DNA of 64,000 bases from Octopus sinensis (GCF_006345805.1 NC_043001.1:37882001-37946000), one strand, 5' to 3'. Numbered from the stretch's first letter, positions 40,790-53,317 are shown. The notes: generated by a model not told the origin, from the letters alone. A program made the numbers and translations.

Positions 40790-42120
40790 TCTTACAAGTT
40801 ACTTGGCAACCCTCTGATGTTGGTGCCACATAAAAAGTACCTGTGCCAGTGCCACATATAAAGCACCTGAGCCAGTACCATGTAAAAAGTACCCAGTACA
40901 CTCTGGAAAGTGGTTGACATTAAGAAGGGCATCCAGTCTAAATAGACAATTGAAACCTGGTACACTCCTCCAGTTTACCAACTCCTGTCAAGTCATCCAA
41001 CCCATGCCAGCATGGAAAACAGATATTAAATGGTGATGATGATGACAACTGATGCTGGTGTGTTTACATCTCTGTAACTTAGCGGTTTGGTAAAGGAGAC
41101 CGATAGAATAAGTACTAGGCTTACAAAGAATAAGTCCTGGGTTCGATTTGCTCGACTAAAGGTGGTGCTCCAGCATGGCTGCAGTCAAATGACTGAAACA
41201 AGTAAAAGAGTAAAAGAGTAATTGGACATGTGCAAAGGTCTTCTGCCTACATGCAGACACAAGCATTTGCACAAGCCTTTTCAGGTGCTGAGAACCATTT
41301 CCTGGACACTTACTAGATATTTCTATCAAAACAACAGCATTAGAGAAGCCACAGTCAATGCAGGCACAATATGTTGTAGATCCAGTGTGATTGAAATGCC
41401 AGAGCAGGGGTACATATATTTCTGTGTTGGTAATAGCAATGATGTTAGGAGTGTGAATATAATTTTAGCAAAGAAATGGGTAAATAAAGTGATCAAGATA
41501 ATCAGAATGTGTAACAGGATAGTTAACTTTACACTAGTTTTGGAAAATATTTGAGTTACATCTCTGCATATGATCCACAATCTAGACTGGCAGATAAACA
41601 GGGGAACAGATTTCAATGATCTTTAAACTCTGCTTGCGAAGACCTGTTGAGGCAAGTGAAATCGAAATCAAATTCAATGACAGCATCGCATGACTGGCAC
41701 CCATGCTAGAGGAGCACTGAGAGCACCATCCGAGCATGATCATTGCCACGGCCGGTGACTGGCCCCCATGCCGGCGGCACGTAAAAAGCAGCATTTTAGT
41801 GTGATTGTTACCAGTGTCGCCTTAGTGGCACTTGTGCCAGTGGTACGTGGAAAAACAACATTCGAGCAAGGGTGTTGCCAGTACCGCTGGGCTGGCTCCT
41901 GTGCAGGTGACACATAAAAATACCATTTGAGCGTGGCCACTGCCAGTACCGCCTGACTGGCCCTCATGCCGGTGGCATGTAAAAGCACCCACTACACTCT
42001 CAGAGTTGTTGGCGTTAGGAAGGGCATCCAGCTGTAGAAACTCAGTCGGATCAGATTGGAGCCTAGTGCAGCCATCTGGCTTGCCAGTCCCCAGTCAAAC
42101 CGCCCAACCCATGCCAGCAT
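40790..42120 (+). mobile_element. Cluster of RTE pieces (3' tail at 40790-41045; APE remnant at 41225-41640 fused to 3'UTR at 41640-42120) with an intervening SINE A fragment
   Basis: ILAKKWVNKVIKIIR APE trace; shared 3'UTR blocks. Confidence 0.7.
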
Positions 42121-43694
42121 ATTATTTCATGTAGCTCTTTATTTTTCATAATTTCTTTTTTAACAAAATTGTCCTGTATTTCTTTAACAGTACATGTAAT
42201 AGATTTGTGCAGTTTGTGCCTTTTATAGCTTTCTGATTGGAAATCTAAGTTCAACTTGGTAATATCTGGCAAAATGTATACTAAGAATGCATAATACATC
42301 TCTGCAATTGGATTTGTTAATGAGTCCAGCACATTTTAATCTGCACAGTTGTCATCTTCAATAGTAGCAGTAGTAACGAATAACACTAGAGCATACCATT
42401 ATTCTAGTATTCTTTTGATAACTTGTTCGAAAGATAGCCACCTTGTACAACTTACATGTAATAATTTATGAGGACTTATTAGAGTAAATGCCTGAAATCC
42501 TTCATATTCCTGCAGTCTCTTTGGGCTATTTGAAATGGATGAATATGTGCTTCTAGCATATGCTCCCTTCTGTCCCATTACTACACTAGCATTGTCGCTG
42601 GTAAATCTTGTCAAATTTTTCGTAAGGAATATCACATAAGGTGAAGAATCTTTCAACAGAGAAAAAAATTCCATTAGCTGAGAAATCCTTGGCTTCCAAA
42701 AAATTAAATAACTATCAATAATTTCTTGAGTGCTAAATCTAGCTAACAGAACAAGCGGGTTTTTTGTACTTACATCAGTAGTTTCATCAGCATGTCATGA
42801 AAACTTACTCTCTTTTAACTGTTTAATGAGGTTTTCAAAGTAATAAAGGCCTAAAACTTTTTATATTTGAATAGCTTTGGTTCTTGCACACTTAATATCT
42901 TTAGCTATTTTGGAATAAGGACATGCATTCTGAATTAGTCCAGGTAAATGATCCATAAGTCTCACTAGTAAGTTATGTTCTGCAATGAAGGATCAAAAGC
43001 TTGAGCTCTGTAGCTGCTACGTTTGTAATATGAACAGAAGTTTTAGGCTGCAAAAAGTCGGTCAGTTTTCCGCTTTTATTCTTTGAATTAACATTTTTAA
43101 TAAGTTCACCTGTTTTTCCATGCCTCTCCAGGTGAGTCATACTGCCTTGAATTTTACACCAAAATTTACAATATGCTCTTTCGATATTTGTTTTACTTGG
43201 TTCTAACCATGATGAAAATTGAGAATCCGATAAAAGCTTGTTTGATAATTTATGATTATATTGTTTAATTCTTTTCTTTGGTGGAGTTAAACCTACGTCA
43301 ATTTCATCATTGCTTTTATCTTTCAAATTCTTGTCATGAGGGGTATAAATCACTCATAACTGATAAAAGTTTAACGAGATAGCAAGGAAGCACATGCCAC
43401 TTATGTATAAAACATGCTACTGACTGGCATTAGAGGCAGGAAGCCAATAATATTGGAAGGTATCCCATTATAAAATGTTGCAAAATATATTTTGATGTAA
43501 AATAGTTAGTCCAATAGTAATGTAATATAGTTATTGTTACATTGCTCAGTTACATATGCTGTAAGCTTAATTGTTTACATAAAGCAAAAAAATTTGAAAA
43601 AGTATGAAGTTATTACAGCGTAGTACCAAAAGTATAACCGCACACCAAAAGTACCAAATTTGGTACAATAGTACCAGGTTCGGCAAGAATACTG
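42120..43694 (-). mobile_element. Decayed hAT transposon
   Basis: SDNASVVMG, TRWLSFEQVIKRIL, BED/TTF-like WLEP...YCKF...H; terminus CAGTATT with GGTAC subterminal repeats. Confidence 0.75.
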
Positions 43695-43729
43695 AGGTCT
43701 AACAACTGACTGTTAGTATCACTATACCA

Positions 43730-43796
<67 letters not shown>

Positions 43797-44162
43797 ACTC
43801 ACTCACTCACTCACTCTCACTCTCAGCATGAATTGCAGAATAGTGAGTATTCTAGACAGCCAGTTGTTACTAGCACTTCACAGAGTTCCTGTCCAAAACA
43901 CTTAACTCTAAAATATCTCCATCTTCAAACTACATAGTAGTTGCCATAAAGTAGCTTCAAGTCTCCATTCCATGTAATGTTAAATGATTCCTTAGATTTG
44001 TGTGCAATACTTTCATATAGGCTTGGGGAATTCACTTCAGTTTTCAGTCTCAGATCAGGATCCATTAATCCACTCAGTTAAGCTTGCCAATTGGTTTAAT
44101 AACATTGGTTTTGTTGCAACTTGTGGTTGCAGGCTATGTCATCAGATGTCATGAGTATATTA

Positions 44163-45056
44163 CATCATCATCATCATTTAACGTCCGCTTTCCATGCTAG
44201 CATGGGTTGGACGATTTGACTGAGGGCTGGTGAACCAGATGGCTGCACCAGGCTTCAATCTTGATCTGGCAGAGTTTCTACAGCTGGATACCCTTCCTAA
44301 TGCCAACCACTCCAAGTGTAGTGGGTGCTTTTACGTGCCACCAGCATGGGGCCAGTCAGGCGGTACTGGCAATGACCTCACTCAAATCTTTTACACATGT
44401 CACTGGCACAGGTGTCAGTAAGGTGATGCTAGTAACGATCAAGCTCAAATGGTGTCTTTTACATGCCACTGGCATGGAGGCCAGATAGCCGCTCTGGCAA
44501 TGATCACGCTCGGCTGGTGCTCTTAACACCCTTCTAGCATGGGGCTCAAGTGCCAGCAAGGCAACGCTGGTAACGATTACACTCGAATGGTGCCTTTTAT
44601 GTGCCACTGGCACGGAAGCCGGTTAACCGCTCTGTCAACAATCATACTTGTATGGTGCTCTTTGCACCTCGCTAGCATGGATGCCAGTCATCGAATTTGA
44701 CTTTGATTTTGATTTCACTTGCGTCAACAGGTCTTCGCAAGCAGAGTTTTTGTGTCCAATGAAGGAAAAGGTACGCATAAGTGGGCTGGTTATGCCTCTG
44801 GCATAGGCCATGAGATTGTGGTCTCATTTGGCTTGCTGGGTCTTCTCACGCACAGCATATTTCCAAAAGTTTCACTAGTCATTTCCTTGGTGTGGCCTAA
44901 AGTTCAATGGTCGTGCTTCACCAACCACTTCATCCCAGGTCTTCCTGGGTCTACCTCTTCCACAGGTTCCCTCAACTGCTAGGGTATGGCACTTTTTTAC
45001 ACAGCTATCCTCATACATTCTCGCCACATGACCATACCAGCACAGTCGTCTCTTGC
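44163..45056 (-). mobile_element. 5'-truncated RTE (ORF2 end plus 3'UTR)
   Basis: GRPGMKW...WKYAVREKTQQAK* followed by the modular 3'UTR and (GAT)n. Confidence 0.85.
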
Positions 45057-45852
45057 AGCATTGGTAGCTGATTGAGTTAATGAATGAAAATATGTTTCTA
45101 GGGCTGTGTGAAGAAGTAAATAAACAATGCCCACGAACATTTTAACTGAAGAATTTATTTTCACAGATTAAGACAAACTACATTGGCCTTTTACAATTAA
45201 CAACATCAATAATTACATGCTGGGAAAGAGATACTGCTCTGAGTTTACACCAAGCATTTGATATGGCAACATTTGACTTGCCCAACATACCTGAAAACAG
45301 TTGTGCAATCTTTGTGGTGATGGAGGTTCTTGGTCATCTATCTGCATCAAATGTCTTAGCTGTCTTCCTGAGTTGTCTGTCTGAGTCGTCTGTAAAGGTT
45401 GTCTGGTGTGGCAAGAATGGTTGCACATATCACTCAGCTGCCTCAACTTTCTGCATGGCAAGAGGTGAGATGTATGAATGAGATAGCTTCTCTCAACACT
45501 GTACCAACAGTTTTTTATAGGATAGTGGAAGAAGATTTCAGAAGAATGCATCATGTAAGAGTTTCATGCTGATTGGCTGCTTAATAGATCAATCATGTGA
45601 AACTATCGTGGTTTGGTCGTGGTGTCTGATCAGTTATCTAGCAGTTCAGTTTTGAATCATTGCTACGGGTTTTATTACAGACTGCATGAGACTGTTACTC
45701 TTATCTTACTCAGAGTCCACAGGTGAAATCCACCTTCTAAGAGAGAAAATTGTAAGAGATTATGACTATAACAAATATGATGATGTAAGGAATAGAGATT
45801 ATTTCTGTTTCCATTCATGCCATTAAATTTAATTTTAATTCTTTCTTTTCAG

Positions 45853-46901
45853 AAAATGGGCCCCAAACAGAAAATTCTTGTCCACCAGTTCCACCCACAA
45901 CCACACAAGCACCAACTACCACCACTCTACCAACAACTACAACCAGGCCAACAACTACAACCAGGCCAACAACTACAACTAGACCAACAACTACAACCAG
46001 ACCAACAACTACAACAACACCAACAACTACAACCACACCAACAACAACAACCACACCAACAACTACAACCACACCAACAACTACAACCACACCAACAACT
46101 ACAACAACAACAACCACACCAACTACAACCACACCAACAACTACAACCAGACCAACAACTACAACCAGACCAACAACTACAACCAGACCAACAACTACAA
46201 CCAGACCAACAACTACAACCACACCAACAACTACAACCACACCAACAACTACAACCAGACCAACAACTACAACCACACCAACAACAACAGCAACAACCAC
46301 ACAATCAACAGCTACAACTGCACCAGGACTAACAACAACTACACCAACCATCAAAAGGACCCTTTCACCAAGGACATCAACAAAAGGTACAAACCTCCCA
46401 AGCTCAATAATGAGTACAAAAATGGAATATCATTCAAGCAAAACCATTTCAAAATTATCAACAACTTTCCATCCTGGTAAAGATATTTCAACAGTTTCAA
46501 TATTGGACATTATAAAGAACAGTACAAAGATGTTTAATACCAATACTCCTACGCAGAAAACATCTATAGCATCTACAACTAACAATATACTACCAACAAC
46601 TTTACTTCATCATAACACAAATGGACACAAACAAACTAAGACAACATCTGTCGGAAATAAAGTTACCAAACCAAGCAAAGGTTTTACCGTTTATACCACT
46701 ACTGAGAGTAGCAGAAGCAAATTTGAAAAAATGAAAAGCAATCTTCACAAGAAAAGAACAGTTATCCTTGCATCCATTTTTGGTACTGCAAGTATTTTAG
46801 CAATTGTATTCACGATTGTATGGAGCAGACGAAGATCAAAGAAACATTCAAAGTTGTTAGATGATAAAGTCCCTGTATTGTCTCTTGATGCCATGAAATG
46901 A
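45853..46901 (+). CDS. Exon 5: last MAM Cys, Thr-rich mucin stalk, TM helix, cytoplasmic tail, stop
   Basis: ctttcttttcag|AA, phase 1. Open frame continuous with track ORF 46410-46901. TM segment TVILASIFGTASILAIVFTIVW followed by SRRRSKK. The five exons total 1530 nt = 509 aa + TGA. Confidence 0.85.
45931..46280 (+). repeat. Coding minisatellite, 18-bp unit CCAACAACTACAACCA(C/G)A = PTTTT(T/R), about 19 copies
   Basis: Directly visible tandem repeat inside exon 5. Confidence 0.9.
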
Positions 46902-46912
46902 ATTGTTAATTA

Positions 46913-46918
46913 AATAAA
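46913..46918 (+). promoter_or_regulatory. Candidate polyadenylation signal AATAAA
   Basis: Starts 12 nt after the stop codon. AATAAA is common in AT-rich DNA. Confidence 0.35.
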
Positions 46919-47599
46919 ACCTGGGACTCTTTCTCATAAATTGAAGTAGTTGTAATGCTAACATAATACTGACCTACTGTTGTACTCTGCTATGCAGACT
47001 ATATGTAAAATTTCACATAATCTCCATTTATATTACACATGCACACTCACACACATATGTGCACTTCCACACACACACGCATACATACACAAACACACAC
47101 ACGCATACATACGCAAACACACACACACATGCAAACACACATATAGTAGGTACTCCTTGACATGACTGAGTTTTATTCTGATTAACCAGTTATAGGTTTA
47201 TATGAACATATTATTTGACCTATATGTATTTGACCCTCTTACTGGTTATTTTATATGCATTACTGCATTACTGTATGTAACAGATTTTATCTTTTTATTG
47301 AATTTTTGCATTTTATTTCGTTAATATATATGGATAACCACATGGCCACAGAAACTTTTACTGCTTTCAAGATATTTTTCTTTGCCATTAAGAATAAGAA
47401 AGATTGAGTGGGAAAACTGCAGACTACATATGACTGCATTTACTCCGTCTCAACCAGCTTCTATGTTTGCTAATTATTTCTTTTCAGCTTCCAAATCAAG
47501 AGACTTTCTCAGTTTCTTGCTAGATGCATTTATAAATGAAAAGTCTTCATTTTGCACATTTTGTGGGATGATAAATCTGTAGAGATATTTATGATCTGA

Positions 47600-50500
47600 T
47601 TATTGAATTAAACTGATAATATGAGGATCTTGAGAAGACTTGCCAATTGTGACAAAACTGACTTCTGCAAGCACTGCATACAAGAGGTAAGATGGAGAGG
47701 TGTAGGGGGTGTAGGCATTCTCTTTGCGGAGATATGGGTGGATAAGGTTATAGAGGTTGTCAGGGTATGCGATAGAGTGCTCAAGCTCAGGTTAGTCCTA
47801 CAGAACGGCACAGCTACGATTATCTCCGCCTATGCCCCACATGCAGGGCTACCAAATGATCAGAAGGACCACTTTTATGATACCCTTCTTGGGCGAGAAT
47901 CGGGTATCTTCACTGGGGTACACAGTGGCCATGGTATTGGCACCAGAAATGATGAGGGAACTAGACTACTGGAATTCTGTGATGCATGTAACCTTTTAAT
48001 CTGCAACACTAACTTCAGGAAGCCAGACTGCCACCTTATAACCTATCAGTCAGGGGACTCTGCTAGCCAAATAGACTTCATCCTCACCGGACAGCGGGAT
48101 GCTGAGTTGCTCTTAAATACAAAGACCCTCCCAGGTGAAGAATGTACACCCCAGCATAGGTTAGTCATTAGTGACTTTAGGCTTGAGGCCAGAAGGATAC
48201 TAAGAAGCAGACCAATCCAGAAAAGAAGGATTTGGAAGCTAAATAACCTTCTCATGGTCAGAGATTTAGGGACATCCTCATCAAGAAATTTGATGAGAGG
48301 GAGGAGGAGCTACAGACGTTGGACATAGAAGGTAGCTGGAAATTCTTACGGGACAGCTTACTGAGTGCCTCTGACCAAGTCTGTGGATGGTGCAAAGTCC
48401 CTTCCAGACCTAGAGTTTTGTGGTGGGGGAATAGTACAGTAGACAAAGCTATTAGAGCAAAGAAACAGGCCAAGAACTCCTGGAGGGATGGGGGTAGCAG
48501 GGAACTGTACCAGGTAGCCAAAAGGGAGGCTGGGCAGCAGGTATACATAACCAAGGGTGAAGCAGAAAAGAAGAAGTTTGCCAATGTCCAACGACATGAG
48601 AACCAAAGAACTGAGGTATTTCAGATTGCAAGACAGTGTGTGAGAGAAAATAGTGATGTCACAGGAGAGAAATGCATCCGCATGGATGATGGTGCACTTG
48701 CTTTCAATGTTTCTCATTATAGCTTGGAGAAGCTATCATGAGAGACTACTGAATGTGGAGAATGAATGGGAGGAGGAGAGCCTACCAAATGTTGACCCAG
48801 TAGAGGGACCAGCTATTCGAATAGACAGCTCCCTAGTAGTTAAGGCAATTAAGGGTATGAAACCAGGAAAAGCCCCTGGCCCATCAGGAATCACTGCTGA
48901 GATGCTTAAAACATCTGGTTGTGTGGGCTATGGCCTAGTCACCTGCATTATAAACCAGGTAGTTCATAATGGAGTCAGACCCAATGACTGGCGTAGCAGC
49001 ACCATAGTCAACTGCTACAAGGATAAAGGTGATGCTCTAGATAGAAATAACTACAGGGGTATTAAACTGTTGAATCAGGTGATGAAGGTCACAGAGAGGG
49101 TCATAGCCCATCTCATTAGGGAGAGAATTTGCTTAGATGAGATGCAGTTTGGTTTTGTGCTGGGTAGAAGCACCACTGATGCCATATTCCTGGTTCAACA
49201 ACTGCAGAAGAAATACCTAGCTAAAGATAAACCCCTCTACATAGCTTTCGTGGATTTGGAGAAAGCCTTTGACAGGGTCCCCCGATCCCTTATCTGGTGG
49301 TCGATACGGAAACTGGAGATTGACGAATGGTTAATAAGGGCTGTACAGGCCCTATACAGAGAGGCTGTCAGCAAGGTTAGGATTGGCAATGAGTATAGTG
49401 AAGAATTTCGGGTAGAAGTAGAGGTCCACCTAGGTTCAGCCCTCAGTCCCCTTTTATTCATCATAGTCCTCCAGGCAATAACAGAGGAATTCAAAACAGG
49501 TTGCTCCTGGGAACTCCTCTATGCTGATGACTTGGCCCTCATAGCAGAATCACTACCGGAACTAGAAAAGAAATTTCGGGTGTGAAAACAAGGTTTAGAA
49601 TCAAAGGGCCTTAGAGTAAATGTAGCAAAGACCAAAGTTATAGTAAGCAGAAAGGTGAACTCATCACACACACCCTTGGGCAGGTGGCCCTGCTCGATCT
49701 GTAGGAAAGGTGTAGGTAGAAACTCCATAAGATGTACCCAGTGTAAGCTATGGATGCATAAGAGATGCAGCAACATCAAAGGAAAATTAACTGATAAGAT
49801 AGCTTTCATGTGCAGCAGATGCACAGGGGCAATAGACACCATAGATACTCAGAAAACAGATTTCATCACACTCCAGGGGGAGAAACTAGAAGTAGTTGAT
49901 AGTTTCTGCTACCAAGGTGACCAAGTTAGTAGTGGAGGTGGATGCTCAGAGAGTTTCACCACTAGAATACCAATAGCCTGGGCAAAGTTTAGAAAGCTCC
50001 TACCTCTACTGGTGACAAAGGGTCTCTCGCTCAGAGTGAAAGGTAGATTGTATGATGCATGTGAACGAACTGCCATGCTTCACGGTAGTGAAACATGGGC
50101 TGTGACTGCAGAGGACATGTGTAGACTTGAAAGAAATGAGGCTAGCATGATCCGCTGGATATGTAATGTCAGTGTGCACACACGACAGAGTTTAAGCACC
50201 CTGAGAGAAATGCTGGACATAAGAAGCATCAGATGTGGTGTGCAAGAGAGACGCTTGCAATGGTATGGTCATGTGCTGCAAGCTGGCAGAAACGTTAGCA
50301 CGCCGGGCGAAATGCTTAGCGGTATTTCATCTGCATTACGTTGTGAGTTCAAATTCCGCCGAAGTCGACTTTGCCTTTCATCCTTTCGGGGTCGATAGAT
50401 TAAGTACCAGTTACGCACTGGGGTCGATGTAATCGACTTAATACCTATGTCTGTCCTTGTTTGTCCCCTCTGTGTTTAGCCCCTTGTGGGTAATAAAGAA

Positions 50501-51208
50501 ATAGGTATGGTCATGTGCTGCGGATGGATGAGGAGAGATGTGTGAAGAAGTGCCACTCCCAAACAGTTGAAGGTATCATGGGGAGAGGTAGACCCAGGAA
50601 GACATGGGATGAGGTAGTCAAGCATGACCTCCGAGCGTTGGGCCTCACAGAGGCATTGACGAAGGACCAAGATCTCTGGAGATATGCTGTGACTGCAAAG
50701 AGCTGGGCTGCTTCCTGCACCAGTTTCACATAGCCCCAGCCCATTCAAAGTACCTTGGATTGCAGAACGATCTGCTGTGCTTACCTTGGATCATAGAGTG
50801 ACCTGCTGTGTTTGAGGAGACCTATTGAGTCAAGTACATCAACATCAAAATAAATATCAAATGGAAATAGCAGCTGTGATACCTGTGCCGGTGGCACGTA
50901 AAAGGCACCATCCGAACGTGGCCGATGCCAGTGCCACCTTGACTGGATTCTGTGCCGGTGGCACGTAAAAGCACCAACTGATCGTGGCCACTGCCAGCCT
51001 CCCCTGGCACCTGTGTCGGTGGCACGTAAAAAGCACCCACTACACTCACGGAGTGTTTGGCATTAGGAAGGGCATCCAGCTGTAGAAACACTGCCAGATC
51101 AGACTGGAGCCTGGTGCAGCCTCCTGGCTTCCCAGACCCCTGTCGAACCATCCAACCCGTGCTAGCACGGAAAACGGACGTTAAACGATGATGATGATGA
51201 TGATGATG
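47600..51208 (+). mobile_element. RTE-clade LINE, 5'-truncated and disrupted
   Basis: APE (CIQEVRW, QIDFIL, QHRLV), RT (GKAPGPSG, YRGIKL, FVDLEKAFDRV, LLYADDL), PHD-like insert, RGRPRKTW, 3'UTR, (GAT)n. Confidence 0.95.
50280..50503 (+). mobile_element. SINE family B inserted in RTE ORF2
   Basis: 18-bp TSD GGTATGGTCATGTGCTGC (50262-50279, 50504-50521); the RTE frame resumes after it. Confidence 0.92.
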
Positions 51209-52079
51209 ACATTGTTTATGTGTAATTTTATGTGCCCTGGAATAGACTTTTCAAAAGCATACAGATACTTAACTATCCTCAGGGAACACTTTATTATATC
51301 AAGTTACAGATACCTATGTCTTAAGTTGGATGGAAGACTTATTTTTGGAGGTAAATAGAGAAAACAAGAGGATGGAAAAGATGTATCCTAAATACAAGAG
51401 AGAAGGAGAAGAGAAAGAGACTAAGCAGACAACTAAATTATGGAGATAAAAAAAGGAAAAAGATGAAGAGAAAGATAGAAAGAGGTAAAGAGAAAATCAA
51501 TAAGGGGGTAAAAGGGAAAATGAAGAGAAAGAAAGACAGGCATAAAGAATAGACAAAGAACAGATAAATTAGAGTAACTTGTTTTACAAAAGCAGAGGTG
51601 AATTATCTCACATAATATAAAAGCAACGTGTGTTCAGTCAATCATGGTGGTAGAGGAAAACTAAAACAACAAATGAAGTGGGTGTGAGTAACAGTCAGAG
51701 ACGCTAAATGTAGGCAAACTATAGTGAGAGGTTTTTACTCTGAGGTTTTTCACAGTGAAAATGTGTGTAGGGAGGGAAATTACACTCTTTTGTTTTCAAA
51801 ATGTTGTTCACATAACATTTATGTATATAGATAGATAGATAATGTATGTATGTATGTATGTATATATATATATATATATATATATTATTTATATATATAT
51901 ATATATATATATTGAGTAGTTGAATGAATTATCTTATTAAGGATAATTCGAAAGATAACCGGTACCTGGGTACCTGGGTGGCAAATTCACATCAGAAAGA
52001 ACACAGTTGAAGTTACGTCCCTAGGGCATAGACTACATGCTTTCGTGCGGAAATTTGTATGTTTATTTTAAAAATATAA

Positions 52080-52260
52080 GTTTATGAAAGAATGGAGTTG
52101 AACGACTTAACAATTTCCTTTATTTTCGACATATGTTTCGAAGGAGAAATCTGCATAATGTACTCCTTATTCCTTCGGAATTAGGAATATACAGCCTTCG
52201 AAACATATGTCGAAAATAAAGGAAATTTGTTAACAAGTCGTTCAACTCCATTCTTTCATA

Positions 52261-52263
<3 letters not shown>
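52080..52263. mobile_element. Penelope-type fold-back terminus with degenerate hammerhead-like motif
   Basis: ~65-bp inverted arms; GAAACATATGTC palindromic stem III with GUC. Confidence 0.6.
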
Positions 52264-52334
<71 letters not shown>

Positions 52335-52600
52335 ATATGTATATATCAGCACCGCTTTGACTGGCTTCCATGCCGGTGGCATGTAAAAAGCACCCACTAC
52401 ACTCACGGAGTGGTTGGCGTTAGGAAGGGTACCCAGCTGTAGAAACACTGCCAGATCAGACTGGAGCCTGGTGCAGCCTTCTGGCTTCCCAGATCCCGGT
52501 CAAACCGTCCAACCCATGCTAGCATGTAGAACGGACGTTAAACGATGATGATATATGTGTGTGTGTGTGTGTGTGTGTATGTGTGTGTATATATATATAT

Positions 52601-52660
<60 letters not shown>

Positions 52661-53108
52661 GTACAAACACACACACACACATACAAACACAGACACACAC
52701 ACATGCACACATACATATAGTTAATTTGAGGAAGTTAAAACCTCATTAGGGATTCCACTAGTTTAATCCATATGATATAAAGGGAACATCATTGGTATGT
52801 GTTTAGGATTATTGAAATTATCAATATTGAAAAAAATAAGAAGAAAATGGAGAATAAATCAATGTAATTACTGATTTATTTGCATGCTATAAAAAGATGA
52901 TGTTTTTTTCTTAAATCATTATAAATAAATAAATTATTGGAAGTTGAAAGCTCAAAGAAAAATTAAGGTAAAAACAGAAAAAAACTAGTGGGTACGACTG
53001 AAACATATGTAGGTTCTTTTTTTTTCTGTTTCTATAATAATTTTCCTTTGAGCTTTCAACTTCTAATCAATTTATTTATTTGTAATGTTTTTATTAAAAA
53101 AAAACGTT

Positions 53109-53286
53109 ATAGGCACAGGAGTAGCTGTGTGGTAAGTAGCTTGCTTACCAATCACATGATTCTGGGTTCAGTCCCACTGCACAGCACCTTGGGCAAGTGT
53201 CTTCTGCTATTGCCTCGGTCCGACCAAAGCCTTGTGATTGGAGTGGATTTGGTAGACGGAAACTGAAAGAAGCCCATCGTATATAT

Positions 53287-53317
<31 letters not shown>

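Noticed and set aside
45200-45780. Possible gypsy gag zinc-knuckle or LTR remnant
   Set aside because: Only vague Cys/His spacing; no LTR pair or PBS identified
45815-46354. Minus-strand Val/Gly-rich ORF and Cys/Trp-rich (CGCSCW)n ORF resembling metallothionein or keratin-associated proteins
   Set aside because: Antisense shadows of the Thr-rich repeat; the + strand frame has splice and domain support
53109-53190. tRNA-like sequence
   Set aside because: SINE head without a complete cloverleaf; continues into the SINE body
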